Positions 27,913-38,152 of a DNA stretch of 64,000 nt are shown here, piece after piece. The position numbers and the translations under genes were made by a program. Within the stretch, counting starts at the first letter, position 1, and each line of letters starts with the position of its first letter. The stretch is taken from the NCBI GenBank assembly GCA_937868185.1, contig CALMMG010000176.1, positions 35 to 64,034 on the forward strand. Direction: 5' to 3'. The stretch is from an uncultured Pseudomonadota bacterium. Lineage in GTDB: Bacteria > Desulfobacterota > Desulfobulbia > Desulfobulbales > Desulfurivibrionaceae. The notes under the pieces were generated by a model that was not told the origin of the DNA, did no database searches, and saw only the letters and a program-made list of their open reading frames with translations.

Positions 27913-29676
27913 ATGGCTTTTGATGCGGTGAATATGGCGGATTGGCAGATTTCCGAGGCTGCCGAAAAGAACATGCCCACCCCTGAGGAGTGGCGAGACA
28001 AATTGGGACTCGAGAAAGACGAAATTCTCCCCATGGGCAGGTTGGCCAAGCTCGATTTCCTTAAAATTATGAATCGTCTCAAAAACAAGCCGGACGGCAA
28101 GTACATCGAGGTTACCGCGATTACCCCGACGCCTCTGGGCGAAGGGAAAAGCACTACTTCTTGCGGCTTGATGGAAGGGTTGGGCAAGCGCGGTATGAAC
28201 GTTGGTGGCGCCCTGCGTCAGCCTTCCGGCGGCCCGACCATGAACGTCAAGGGAACCGCGGCAGGCGGCGGCAACTCTCTGTTGATCCCGATGACCGAGT
28301 TCTCCCTGGGCCTCACCGGCGATATCAACGACATTATGAACGCCCACAACCTGGGTATGGTGGCCATGACCGCCCGCATGCAGCATGAGCGGAACTACAA
28401 CGATGAGCAGCTGGCCAGATTGACCGGCATGCGGCGGCTTGACATCGACCCCACCCGGGTGGAATTCGGCTGGATTATCGACTTCTGCGCCCAGGCGCTG
28501 CGCAATATCGTCATCGGTCTCGGCGGCCGTACGGATGGGTACACCATGCAGTCCAAGTTCGGCATTGCCGTAGGTTCGGAGCTCATGGCCATTCTTTCCA
28601 TCGCCACCGACCTGGCTGACCTTAAGGAACGGATCAACAACATCACGGTGGCCTTTGACAAGAGCGGCAAGCCGGTTACCTGTCGCGACCTGGAAGTCGG
28701 CAACGCCATGGCCGCGTTCATGCGTAACACCATCAACCCGACCTTGATGTGCACCGCCGAGTACAACCCCTGCCTGGTCCACGCCGGACCTTTCGCCAAC
28801 ATCGCCGTCGGTCAGTCTTCCATCATCGCCGACCGGGTTGCCCTGAAACTCTTTGATTACAACATCACCGAATCCGGCTTTGCCGCCGACATCGGCTTTG
28901 AGAAATTCTGGAACGTCAAGTGCCGCTACTCCGGCCTTAAGCCGCATGTTTCGGTCCTCACCGCCACGATTCGCGCCCTGAAGATGCACGGCGGCGGACC
29001 GAAGGTTGTTCCGGGCAAGCCTCTGGATGATGCCTATACCAAGGAGAACGTTGGGCTGGTCGAGAAGGGCTGCGAGAACATGGTCCACCTGATCAATGTC
29101 ATCCGCAAAGCCGGGATCAACCCGGTTGTCTGCATCAACCGCTTCTATTCGGACACCGACGAAGAGTGTAGGGTTGTTCGCCGGATCGCCGAGGCTGCTG
29201 GTGCTCGTTGCGCCGAATCCAAACATTGGGAACTGGGCGGCGACGGGGCGCTTGAGTTCGCCGACACGGTTATCGATGCCTGCAACGAAGAGAACGACTT
29301 CAAGTTCCTCTATCCTCTGGAGATGAAACTGCGCGACCGGGTTGAGATGATCACCAAGGAAGTGTATGGCGGTGATGGTGTTGATTGGTCACCTGAGGCT
29401 AATGCCAAGGCTGAGATGCTGGAGAAAGATCCCCAGTATGCCGATTATGCCACCATGATGGTCAAGAGCCACCTGAGCCTGAGCCATGATCCTACCTTGA
29501 AAGGTGTGCCCAAGGGATGGCGCCTGCCTGTTCGGGACATCCTGATCTATTCCGGTGCCAAGTTCCTCTGCCCGTGTGCGGGATCGATCAGTCTGATGCC
29601 CGGCACCAGCTCGAATCCGGCTTTCCGCCGTATTGATGTTGACCCGGAAACAGGTAAGGTTTCAGGGCTGTTTTAG
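27913..29676 (+). CDS. fhs: Formate-tetrahydrofolate ligase
   Basis: [53 protein letters not shown]. Confidence 0.97.
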   Translation: MAFDAVNMADWQISEAAEKNMPTPEEWRDKLGLEKDEILPMGRLAKLDFLKIMNRLKNKPDGKYIEVTAITPTPLGEGKSTTSCGLMEGLGKRGMNVGGALRQPSGGPTMNVKGTAAGGGNSLLIPMTEFSLGLTGDINDIMNAHNLGMVAMTARMQHERNYNDEQLARLTGMRRLDIDPTRVEFGWIIDFCAQALRNIVIGLGGRTDGYTMQSKFGIAVGSELMAILSIATDLADLKERINNITVAFDKSGKPVTCRDLEVGNAMAAFMRNTINPTLMCTAEYNPCLVHAGPFANIAVGQSSIIADRVALKLFDYNITESGFAADIGFEKFWNVKCRYSGLKPHVSVLTATIRALKMHGGGPKVVPGKPLDDAYTKENVGLVEKGCENMVHLINVIRKAGINPVVCINRFYSDTDEECRVVRRIAEAAGARCAESKHWELGGDGALEFADTVIDACNEENDFKFLYPLEMKLRDRVEMITKEVYGGDGVDWSPEANAKAEMLEKDPQYADYATMMVKSHLSLSHDPTLKGVPKGWRLPVRDILIYSGAKFLCPCAGSISLMPGTSSNPAFRRIDVDPETGKVSGLF

Positions 29677-29701
29677 TAACTGTTTGCACCTCTTTTCATC
29701 C

Positions 29702-29747
29702 AGCACTGGTCAAAGGACGTATGTCTTTTGACCAGTGCTTTTTTTTT
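29702..29747 (+). terminator. Rho-independent terminator after fhs
   Basis: AGCACTGGTCAAAGGAC-GTAT-GTCTTTTGACCAGTGCT followed by a T-run. Confidence 0.85.
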
Positions 29748-29936
29748 GCAGTGTTGGCAGAAAAACGGGAATTGCTTGCAGCTGGCCCTTACATGCCATG
29801 GCGCCGTCCTGATCCAGGTATCCTTTTTTGTTGGAGAAGAACGGATATGCTTGTCACTTCGCAGCATGATATAGTATCTAATATTCAGATGGATTTTTTT
29901 AGCATATTACAATAACTCAGGGGTAGTCTCGCATCC

Positions 29937-32150
29937 ATGGCCGAAGACAGTAAATCAAATCTGCGATCCACGGTAAAGGATCAATCTGGAGCCGGAAAGA
30001 TCAAGATCGGCGAACTGCTGCGCAAGGCCGGGCAGATCAGCAGCTACCAGCTCGATGATGCCCTGGCCGCCCAGAAGAAATCCGGTGGTCGCCTGAGCAG
30101 TATCCTTCTGCGGCTTGGCCATATTGAAGAATCCACCATTCTCAACTTTTTAAGCCGACTGCACAACTATCAATCCGTTGTCATTAGCAGAGAACCGCCT
30201 AAGCCCGAGGCCCTGAAGCTTCTGCCCTACGAGATTGCCAAAAAATATTTGGCTTTTCCTTTGCGGCAAATCGGAAAATCTCTCCAGGTCGCCATGGCCG
30301 AGCCCACGGATACCGGGGCGGTGGAAAGCCTGCAGGCCGCAGTTAAAATGCCGCTGACCGTTTGTGTCGCCACCGAAAAGGACATCGTTGATGCATATAA
30401 GATCTATTACAAAATCAGCGATGAGGAGCATCAGTCTTTTTTTACTTCGGTTGGCGCTGATGAAAAAAACGAGGAACCTGTTACCCAGATCGAGGACTTC
30501 GGCACCCTGGCCTCCGAGGCGGCCGATGGGATGGAAATTGCCTCGCTGGAAGATGAGTCGGGTGGTGATCAGTATTCCGCCTCGGACGCCCCCATCATCA
30601 AGCTGGTAAACGGGATCCTGCTCAAGGCAGTCAACGATGGGGTGAGCGATATCCATATCGAGCCCTACGAAAAAACGCTTCAGGTGCGCTACCGTATGGA
30701 TGGCTCCCTGTACAAGTCCATGAATCTGCCCCTTTCGATCAAGAATGCCCTGAATTCCAGGATAAAAATCATGTCCCAGCTCGATATCACCGAGCGTCGG
30801 ATACCCCAGGACGGTCGTATCCGGATCAAACTGGGGCGGAACCGTGCCGTTGATTTTCGGGTTTCCACCCTCCCCACCCTGTTTGGGGAGAGTATTGTTT
30901 TGCGTATCCTCGATAAGAGCAGCCTCAATGTCGATCTCACCAAGCTCGGTTTTGAGAAGGAAACCTTTGCCACCCTCCAGCGCTGTATCGAGCGGCCCCA
31001 GGGTCTGCTGCTCGTCACCGGCCCCACGGGCAGCGGTAAGACGGTAACCCTCTATTCGGTGTTGAATTCGCTCAACAGCGAAGACACCAAGATCCTCACC
31101 GCCGAAGATCCGGTTGAGTTCAACTTCAAGGGGATCAATCAGGTCAATGTGAAGAAAGAAGTGGGGATGACCTTCCCCGCGGCACTCAAGGCCTTTCTCC
31201 GGCAAGACCCGGACATCATTATGGTCGGCGAGATCCGGGATATGGAAACGGCGGAGATTGCTATTAAGGCGGCCATGACCGGGCATCTTGTTCTCAGTAC
31301 ACTCCACACCAACGACTGTCCCGCCACCATCGGTCGTCTGGTTGATATCGGCATTCCGCCCTTCATGCTGGCTTCGGCGGTTACTATGGTGCTTTCTCAG
31401 CGGCTGGCCAGAAAGCTCTGCGTCCATTGCAAGGAGGAGGTGCCCAGGCCGCCCAAGGAAGAACTCCTTGCTCTGGGTTTTACAGAGTATGATTTTGAAA
31501 AAGAGTTTGTTATCTATGGCCCCAAGGGGTGCCAGAAATGCAACGGTGGCGGCTATAAGGGAAGGGTTGGTCTTTTCGAGTTGATGGAGATCACCGATGA
31601 GGTGGCCAAGGCGATCAGTGCGGAAGTTCCGGAAGATCAGCTCCGCAAGATCGCCGTCCAGGAGGGAATGACTCCCCTGCGGCGGGCCGGGGTGAAGAAG
31701 GTTATCGAAGGCGTCACCAGCATAGAAGAGATCCTGCGGCGAACCGTTATCACCGAAGAGAGCCTGCCCGCCTATCTGGTCCATCCCGATATCGAGGAGT
31801 ACGAGGATGGGGATTTCATCATCCGCCAAAACAACAACGATAGTGATTTCTTTAAACTGGTCATCGGCGCTGTATCCGTGATCAAGGACGGCAAGAAGAT
31901 CGCCGAGATCACCGAGCCGGGCGAGTATTTTGGCGAGATGAGCGCCATCTCCGGTGAGCCACGTTCCGCCTCTATCACCTCAAAGGGGCGCTCCAAGGTA
32001 AAACGTTTTCCTGGCGACAAGCTCCAGGAGGTTATTCAGAAATATCCCGATGTAGCCAACCACCTTTTTAAAACCGTGGTCAACCGCTTGGGCCAGGCGA
32101 ACAATATCATTGTGAAACTGGCAAGCGACCGGGCAAAAAAAACGGAATGA
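29937..32150 (+). CDS. pilB: Type IV pilus assembly ATPase PilB with N-terminal MshEN motif and C-terminal cyclic-nucleotide-binding domain
   Basis: SDIHIEP, GPTGSGKT, EDPVE, LRQDPD, TGHLVLSTLH, CxxC...CxxC; tail contains GEYFGEMSAISGEPRSA. Confidence 0.93.
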   Translation: MAEDSKSNLRSTVKDQSGAGKIKIGELLRKAGQISSYQLDDALAAQKKSGGRLSSILLRLGHIEESTILNFLSRLHNYQSVVISREPPKPEALKLLPYEIAKKYLAFPLRQIGKSLQVAMAEPTDTGAVESLQAAVKMPLTVCVATEKDIVDAYKIYYKISDEEHQSFFTSVGADEKNEEPVTQIEDFGTLASEAADGMEIASLEDESGGDQYSASDAPIIKLVNGILLKAVNDGVSDIHIEPYEKTLQVRYRMDGSLYKSMNLPLSIKNALNSRIKIMSQLDITERRIPQDGRIRIKLGRNRAVDFRVSTLPTLFGESIVLRILDKSSLNVDLTKLGFEKETFATLQRCIERPQGLLLVTGPTGSGKTVTLYSVLNSLNSEDTKILTAEDPVEFNFKGINQVNVKKEVGMTFPAALKAFLRQDPDIIMVGEIRDMETAEIAIKAAMTGHLVLSTLHTNDCPATIGRLVDIGIPPFMLASAVTMVLSQRLARKLCVHCKEEVPRPPKEELLALGFTEYDFEKEFVIYGPKGCQKCNGGGYKGRVGLFELMEITDEVAKAISAEVPEDQLRKIAVQEGMTPLRRAGVKKVIEGVTSIEEILRRTVITEESLPAYLVHPDIEEYEDGDFIIRQNNNDSDFFKLVIGAVSVIKDGKKIAEITEPGEYFGEMSAISGEPRSASITSKGRSKVKRFPGDKLQEVIQKYPDVANHLFKTVVNRLGQANNIIVKLASDRAKKTE

Positions 32151-32442
32151 TCAGTCGATAGATCCATTTTCTTCCATCTTCATCACAATTATTCATTTCC
32201 TCCCGTTTTTTTCTTCTATTTTCTGTCGAAAAATGTATAGTACAGGGCTTTTTGCAAGTATATCTACCTATTGAAATGTCGTGTTAAATTGGGTAGTTTT
32301 GTAAGCTCTGATCCCCATTTATGCCTTGCTGGGGCCATCATCCGAGGTGAGGTCTATCTGGGAGATGAGGCGGCAGGCCTTTTTATGGCGTTAGGCGCAT
32401 TGATCGAGATATCCATTACTTTTTGATATAAGGAGAAAATAA

Positions 32443-33330
32443 ATGAGTGCCAAGATTATCAGCGGGACGGAAGTTGCAAAAGCCATTCGGGAAGAGTTGA
32501 AAACCGAGGTCGCGGAGCTTAAGGAAAAGCATGATATTGTTCCCGGTCTGGTGACGATCCTGGTGGGGGAAGATCCGGCCTCACAATCTTATGTGAGCGC
32601 CAAAAACAAGACCGCCCATGCCCTTGGCATTCATTCCGAGCAGGTAACCCTTGCCGCTGACACCAGTGAGCAGGATCTTCTTGCCATTGTTGAGAAATAT
32701 AACAAGGACAAGAAGATCCACGGTATTCTCGTGCAGTTGCCCTTGCCTAAACATATCAATGAGACCAATGTGCTGTATGCTATTGATCCGGCCAAGGATG
32801 TTGATGGTTTTCATCCGGTGAATGTGGGTAAGATGGTGGTGGGCGAGGAGTGCTTCTTGCCCTGCACGCCCCACGGCATCCTCGAGTTGCTCACCCGCAG
32901 CGGTGTGGAAACCAGCGGCGCCGAAGTGGTGGTCATCGGTCGTAGCAACATTGTTGGCAAGCCCATTGCCAATCTGATGCTCCAGAAACGTAAAGGCGGC
33001 AACGCCACGGTCACCCTGTGCCATACCCGCACCAAGGACATGGCCGCCCATTGCAAGCGGGCCGATATCATCATCGCCGCGGTCGGCGTGCCGAAAATGG
33101 TAACCGCAGACATGGTGAAAGACGGGGTGGTGATCATCGATGTCGGCGTGAATCGTATCGGCAAAACTGCAGAAGGGAAGGCCATTCTTGCCGGCGATGT
33201 GGATTTTGATGCGGTAAAGGAAAAAGCCTCGTATATTACCCCTGTTCCGGGTGGGGTCGGACCCATGACCATCACCATGCTCATGAAAAATACCGTACAG
33301 GCGGCCAGACAGACTGCAGGCCTGAAGTAA
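32443..33330 (+). CDS. folD: Methylene-THF dehydrogenase/cyclohydrolase
   Basis: YVSAK, QLPLP, KDVDG, PCTPHG, GRSNIVGKP, TPVPGGVGPMT. Confidence 0.97.
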   Translation: MSAKIISGTEVAKAIREELKTEVAELKEKHDIVPGLVTILVGEDPASQSYVSAKNKTAHALGIHSEQVTLAADTSEQDLLAIVEKYNKDKKIHGILVQLPLPKHINETNVLYAIDPAKDVDGFHPVNVGKMVVGEECFLPCTPHGILELLTRSGVETSGAEVVVIGRSNIVGKPIANLMLQKRKGGNATVTLCHTRTKDMAAHCKRADIIIAAVGVPKMVTADMVKDGVVIIDVGVNRIGKTAEGKAILAGDVDFDAVKEKASYITPVPGGVGPMTITMLMKNTVQAARQTAGLK

Positions 33331-33411
33331 GCAGCTGCCGAAGGCAATAAAGTAATCAGAGGGCATCTGCTTTTCTGTTACATAGCGAACCCAAGATGCT
33401 GAGGACATACG

Positions 33412-35406
33412 ATGGCGATCAAACGAAATGGATGTGAAGGATGCACGGATATTACCTGCGTCTCCACGCAACAGGTTCTCTCTCAGGATGTAGCCAAGAA
33501 CGTCCGGACTGCCTATGACCGCGTAAAAGCGCGGGGGATGTCAGCTTGTCTTTTTGGCTCTGGCGGAACCTGTTGCCGCAACTGCAATATGGGGCCTTGC
33601 CAGATCATTGACGGGGTGGAAGATATGCTTGGCGTCTGCGGCGCCACCGCTGATACCGTGGCGGCCAGAAATTTCGCCCGTACCGTGGCTGCCGGCTCTG
33701 CCGCGCACACCGATCATGCCCGGGAGATGGTCAAAGGGTTCATCGAGGCTGCCAAGGGTGAAGGGCTGCACCAAATCAAGGATGTGGCCAAGCTGAAAAA
33801 TTTGGCTGAGGTCTTTGGGATCGTCACCGAAGAGCGTGAGGTGAAAGACATCGCTCTTGAGCTTGGGGAAAAAGCCCTGGCTGAATTCGGCAAGCAGGAT
33901 GACACTCCTCTTTCCATGTTGAAACGGGCGACACCGAAGCGCCAGGCTCTTTGGAGCAAGCTCGGGATCGCGCCCCGCGGCATCGACCGTGAGGTGGTTG
34001 AGATGATGCACCGCACTCACATGGGTGTTGATCAAGAATACCATAACCTCATGCTCCAGGCCTCGCGCACCGCCTTGTCCGATGGTTGGGGTGCTTCCAT
34101 GCTTTCCACCGAGTTGACCGACATCATGTTCGGCACTCCGGTGCCCCGTCGTGCCATTGTTGATCTCGGGGTGCTGAAGCTCGATCAGGTCAATATCACC
34201 GTGCACGGGCATGAGCCTTTGCTGGCAGAGGCCTTGTGCATCGCGGCCCAGGATCCGGAAATGTTGGAGTTGGCCAAGAAGCAGGGCGCCAAGGGAATCA
34301 ACCTTGCCGGTGTCTGCTGCACAGGTAACGAGATTCTCATGCGCCGCGGGATTCCGGTGGCCGGAGGTTTTGTCCAGCAGGAGATTGTCCTGGCCACCGG
34401 TGCGGTGGAGGCGATGGTGGTTGATGTCCAGTGTGTTATGCAGTCTGTGGCCGAGGTGGCCAAGAATTTTCACACCGACATCATCACTACCAACTATCGG
34501 GCCAAGATGCCTGGCGGTATCCATATTCAGTTTGAGGAGCACGAGGCGCTCAATTCCGCCAAGCAGATCCTGACCCACGCCATCAAGAACTTCAAGAAGC
34601 GCGGCAAGTGCTTTATCCCCCAAGAAACCAAGATGGACGTGGTGGTGGGCTTCAGTCACGAAACCATCAATACCATGCTGGGCGGACGGTTCCGCGCCAG
34701 TTACCGGCCGCTTAACGACAATATCATCAATGGTCGTATCCGTGGGGTGGCTGCCATTGTTGGTTGTGACAACTTTAAGCTGGCGGACGACACCCATGAA
34801 ACCATTGTCCGGGAGTTGTTGAAAAACAATATCCTGGTTCTGGCCACGGGTTGTGCCGCAACCTCCCTCGGCAAGGCTGGCCTGCTTAACCCTGAGGCGG
34901 CTCGGTTTTGTGGAGATAGCCTGCGGGAGGTTTGCGAAACGGTGGGCATGCCGCCGGTTCTCCACATGGGTTCCTGCGTTGATAACTCTCGGATCCTTAT
35001 CGCCGCCACCGAAATGGTACGTCAAGGTGGTCTGGGTGATGATATCTCCGACCTGCCCGCCATCGGTACTGCTCCTCTTTGGATGAGCGAAAAGGCCGTG
35101 GCCATCGGCCAGTACTTTGTGGCCAGCGGTGCCCAGGTTGTCTTCCAGAATCTTCCCATCACCGGGGCAAAGAATTTCAATAAGTATCTCACCGAAGGTT
35201 TGATGGGCGAGGTGGGTGCCCACTGGAATATCGCGTCTGAGCCCTTGGAGATCGCCAGGATCATGATCGAGAAGATCGAGGAAAAACGTGACGCCCTGGG
35301 AATCAACAAGAAGAAAGAGCGTGTCCTTTTCGACATGAACATGCGTCGAGACCTTGGCGGCGGCGGTCTGACGGACGTTGGCTGCCATGGCCCGAGCGCC
35401 TCTTGA
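33412..35406 (+). CDS. cooS: Anaerobic Ni-CO dehydrogenase catalytic subunit (CooS/AcsA)
   Basis: CCRNCNMGPC B-cluster; C-cluster ligands in HGHEP, CCTG, DVQC, GCDN, TGCA, GSCVD; MSEKA. Confidence 0.95.
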   Translation: MAIKRNGCEGCTDITCVSTQQVLSQDVAKNVRTAYDRVKARGMSACLFGSGGTCCRNCNMGPCQIIDGVEDMLGVCGATADTVAARNFARTVAAGSAAHTDHAREMVKGFIEAAKGEGLHQIKDVAKLKNLAEVFGIVTEEREVKDIALELGEKALAEFGKQDDTPLSMLKRATPKRQALWSKLGIAPRGIDREVVEMMHRTHMGVDQEYHNLMLQASRTALSDGWGASMLSTELTDIMFGTPVPRRAIVDLGVLKLDQVNITVHGHEPLLAEALCIAAQDPEMLELAKKQGAKGINLAGVCCTGNEILMRRGIPVAGGFVQQEIVLATGAVEAMVVDVQCVMQSVAEVAKNFHTDIITTNYRAKMPGGIHIQFEEHEALNSAKQILTHAIKNFKKRGKCFIPQETKMDVVVGFSHETINTMLGGRFRASYRPLNDNIINGRIRGVAAIVGCDNFKLADDTHETIVRELLKNNILVLATGCAATSLGKAGLLNPEAARFCGDSLREVCETVGMPPVLHMGSCVDNSRILIAATEMVRQGGLGDDISDLPAIGTAPLWMSEKAVAIGQYFVASGAQVVFQNLPITGAKNFNKYLTEGLMGEVGAHWNIASEPLEIARIMIEKIEEKRDALGINKKKERVLFDMNMRRDLGGGGLTDVGCHGPSAS

Positions 35407-35447
35407 TTTTTTTTATAAGCAAGAATTAAGGATAAGGATCATAACCG

Positions 35448-38081
35448 ATGAAATCGGGAAGCCGTTTAGAACGGATCTTAACATCAGGAGAGTTCGCAGT
35501 CACTGGCGAGCTTGGACCACCCAAGAACGGTAATGCCGAACTGGTGCGGGAAAAGGCTCGTCTGCTCAAAGGGAGTGTTGACGCCGTCAACATCACCGAC
35601 TGCCAGACCGCCATTGTCCGTATGTCCAGCATCAGCGCTGGTCTGTTGACTTTGGCTGAAGGGGTGGAACCGGTCATTCAAATGACCTGCCGTGACCGGA
35701 ACCGGATTGGGATGCAGAGTGATATCCTCGGTGCTGCCGCCCTAGGGCTAAAAAACCTGCTCTGTCTGACGGGCGACCATCAGAAGTTTGGTAATCATCC
35801 TGGATCCAAGGGGGTCTTTGACATGGACTCCATCCAGCTGCTCGGTATGGTCAAGACCATGCGGGATGATAAAAAATTCCAGTGCGGTGAACTGATCAAG
35901 TCGCACGAGCCCAAGCTTTTTCTCGGCGCGGCGGCAAACCCTTTTGCCGGGCCTTCCGAGCAGTTCCGGGCCGCCCGGCTGGCAAAAAAGGTCGCCAATG
36001 GCGCTGATTTTGTCCAAACCCAGATCATCTACAATGTTGAGCGTTTTGCTAAGTTCATGCAGGCGGTCCGCGATCTCGGCTTGCATAAAAAAGTTCACAT
36101 TCTGGCCGGGGTAACCCCACCGAAATCCGTGGGTATGGCTCGTTACATGAAGAGCTCTGTGCCCGGCATGGATGTCACCGATGAGGTGATCAAGCGGATG
36201 CAGGGCGCTAAAGACAAGGAAGACGAGGGCATTAACATCTGCGTTGATATCATCCGTCAGGTCCGGGAGATTGAAGGGGTGGCTGGCGTCCATATCATGG
36301 CCATCGAATGGGAGAGTGCTGTCCCGGAGATCGTCAGTCGGGCAGGACTTGCCACTCGTCCGGTGTTTGCCGAGGAGCCTGTTGCTCTGGCTGCGGCAAG
36401 ACCAGAGGCCCCAATCGAGGTTCGGTCCGTAGTGGCCGAAGAAAAGGAAAGTGATGTTGTCCTGGCGGCAGCCAAGGCTGAGGCAGAAAAGATTATTGCC
36501 GCAGCTAAGGCAGAAGCCGCTCAGTTCCGGGCATCAGCCAGCAGCGTCAGCGGCGCTGTGACGGTTGATCAGGCAAGGATTGAAATAGATGAAGCAGGAG
36601 AGGATGCGATGAACGAAAAAGAACGTCAAATGGCGCTAGAGTCGGTACGCCTCGGTCTTGATGCGCTGAAAAAGGCCTATGGCTTGTCGGACGATCAATT
36701 TGATGCACTGACGAAATTCGCTGGTGCTGAGGCTATTCTCAAGCGCGAGCCGGTACTCGCTGCTCCTGCTGTTTCTGCGGCTGCACCTGCTGCTCCGGTT
36801 GCGCCTGCCCCAGTTAAAGATGAGAGCGCAGGGAAGAAAGCTGCCGAAGCTGCGGCAGTGGAAGAGGCCAAGAAGCTTGAGGCTGCGAAAAAAGCTGCCG
36901 AGGCCAAGGCTGCGGAAGAGGCCAAGTCTGCAAAAAAGGCTGCCGAGGCTGCAGCTGCAGAAGAGGCCAAGAAGATTGAGGCTGCCAAGAAAGCCGTCGA
37001 GGCAAAGGCTGCGGAAGCCACCAAGAAGCCCGTCGCTTCTACCGAAAAGAAAGCGCCAGCCGCTGCTGCGCCGGTTTCTGCAGCAGTTGGCGCGGCTGAG
37101 CTTGCTCTTGAGAAGACCCCGTTGTCTGAAAGGGCTGCCAAGGTGCCAGAGGCCTCTTACAAACAGGCTTACACCGGCGCCATTCGTCAGACCGTATTGG
37201 GCGATGCCGCGAGCGGCATCAAGGTGGGAGGTGAAAGCACTCTGCCGTTCCATCTTTTTGAAGGGGCTATGCCCAACAAGCCCATGATTGCCTTTGATGT
37301 CCTTGACGTAAAACCCGACGAGTGGCCCGATTCTCTGGCCCGTCATTATCAGGACGTTATGGACAATCCCCTGGCTTGGGCCCAGAAATGTGTGAAGGAA
37401 TACGGCGCAGATGCCATTTGTCTCTCCATGATCAGCACCGATCCCAACGGGTTGAACCGGCCCGCCGGCGAGGCTGCAAAAGCAGCGGCCGAGGTAGTGA
37501 AAAACATCGAAGTGCCGGTAATTGTCTGGGGTTGCGGCAACGGTGAAAAGGATACGGAAACCCTGCGGGAGATCACCTCTCTTATTGGTGATAAGAAGGT
37601 GTGCCTGGCACCGCTCTCCGACAGCAACTATCGGGCCATCGGCGCCACTGCCATGGCCTTCCAGTATCCAATGGTTGCTGCCTCGCCCATCGATGTCAAC
37701 CTGGCCAAGCAGCTGAATATTCTTCTTGAGAATCTCGGGGTCTCTCTGGATTCCGTTTTGATCGATCCCTCCATTGGTGCCCTCGGTTACGGCATCGAAT
37801 ATACTTACTCGGTTATGGAGCGGATTCGTCTTGCCGCCCTGACCCAGAAAGACGAGAAGCTTCAGGTTCCCTTTATCTGCAACCTGGGCCGCGAGGTCTG
37901 GAAAGCCAAGGAATGCCGGTTGCCCTCCGACGAGATGATTGGTGATCAAGAAACCCGTGGCATCCTCATGGAGGCTATTACCGCTTCCTGTATGTTGATG
38001 GCAGGTGGCGAGCTGATGATCATGCGGCATCCGAGAGCTGTTTCTCTGACCAAGTCGCTGATTAGTGGGCTCATGGATTAA
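35448..38081 (+). CDS. acsD: Fusion of methylene-THF reductase (MetF) and corrinoid Fe-S protein small subunit (AcsD) with an Ala/Lys/Glu-rich linker
   Basis: N-terminal ~305 aa: NITD, TCRDRNR, LTGD, KKVANGADFVQTQ, GVHIMA. C-terminal: GGESTLPF, DVNLAKQLN, IDPSIGALGYGIEYTYSVMERIRLAAL, MRHP. No stop between the halves. Confidence 0.92.
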   Translation: MKSGSRLERILTSGEFAVTGELGPPKNGNAELVREKARLLKGSVDAVNITDCQTAIVRMSSISAGLLTLAEGVEPVIQMTCRDRNRIGMQSDILGAAALGLKNLLCLTGDHQKFGNHPGSKGVFDMDSIQLLGMVKTMRDDKKFQCGELIKSHEPKLFLGAAANPFAGPSEQFRAARLAKKVANGADFVQTQIIYNVERFAKFMQAVRDLGLHKKVHILAGVTPPKSVGMARYMKSSVPGMDVTDEVIKRMQGAKDKEDEGINICVDIIRQVREIEGVAGVHIMAIEWESAVPEIVSRAGLATRPVFAEEPVALAAARPEAPIEVRSVVAEEKESDVVLAAAKAEAEKIIAAAKAEAAQFRASASSVSGAVTVDQARIEIDEAGEDAMNEKERQMALESVRLGLDALKKAYGLSDDQFDALTKFAGAEAILKREPVLAAPAVSAAAPAAPVAPAPVKDESAGKKAAEAAAVEEAKKLEAAKKAAEAKAAEEAKSAKKAAEAAAAEEAKKIEAAKKAVEAKAAEATKKPVASTEKKAPAAAAPVSAAVGAAELALEKTPLSERAAKVPEASYKQAYTGAIRQTVLGDAASGIKVGGESTLPFHLFEGAMPNKPMIAFDVLDVKPDEWPDSLARHYQDVMDNPLAWAQKCVKEYGADAICLSMISTDPNGLNRPAGEAAKAAAEVVKNIEVPVIVWGCGNGEKDTETLREITSLIGDKKVCLAPLSDSNYRAIGATAMAFQYPMVAASPIDVNLAKQLNILLENLGVSLDSVLIDPSIGALGYGIEYTYSVMERIRLAALTQKDEKLQVPFICNLGREVWKAKECRLPSDEMIGDQETRGILMEAITASCMLMAGGELMIMRHPRAVSLTKSLISGLMD
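36834..37031 (+). repeat. Two tandem 99-bp (33-aa) KKAAEA repeats in the MetF-AcsD linker
   Basis: KKAAEAAAVEEAKKLEAAKKAAEAKAAEEAKSA / KKAAEAAAAEEAKKIEAAKKAVEAKAAEATKKP, starting at 36834 and 36933. Confidence 0.85.
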
Positions 38082-38152
38082 CTTACTGAAATTGTCCATT
38101 ATTACTGTCGTAATATTGAAAAGCCTCACAGAGTAAAGAGGAGAAAAACAAA

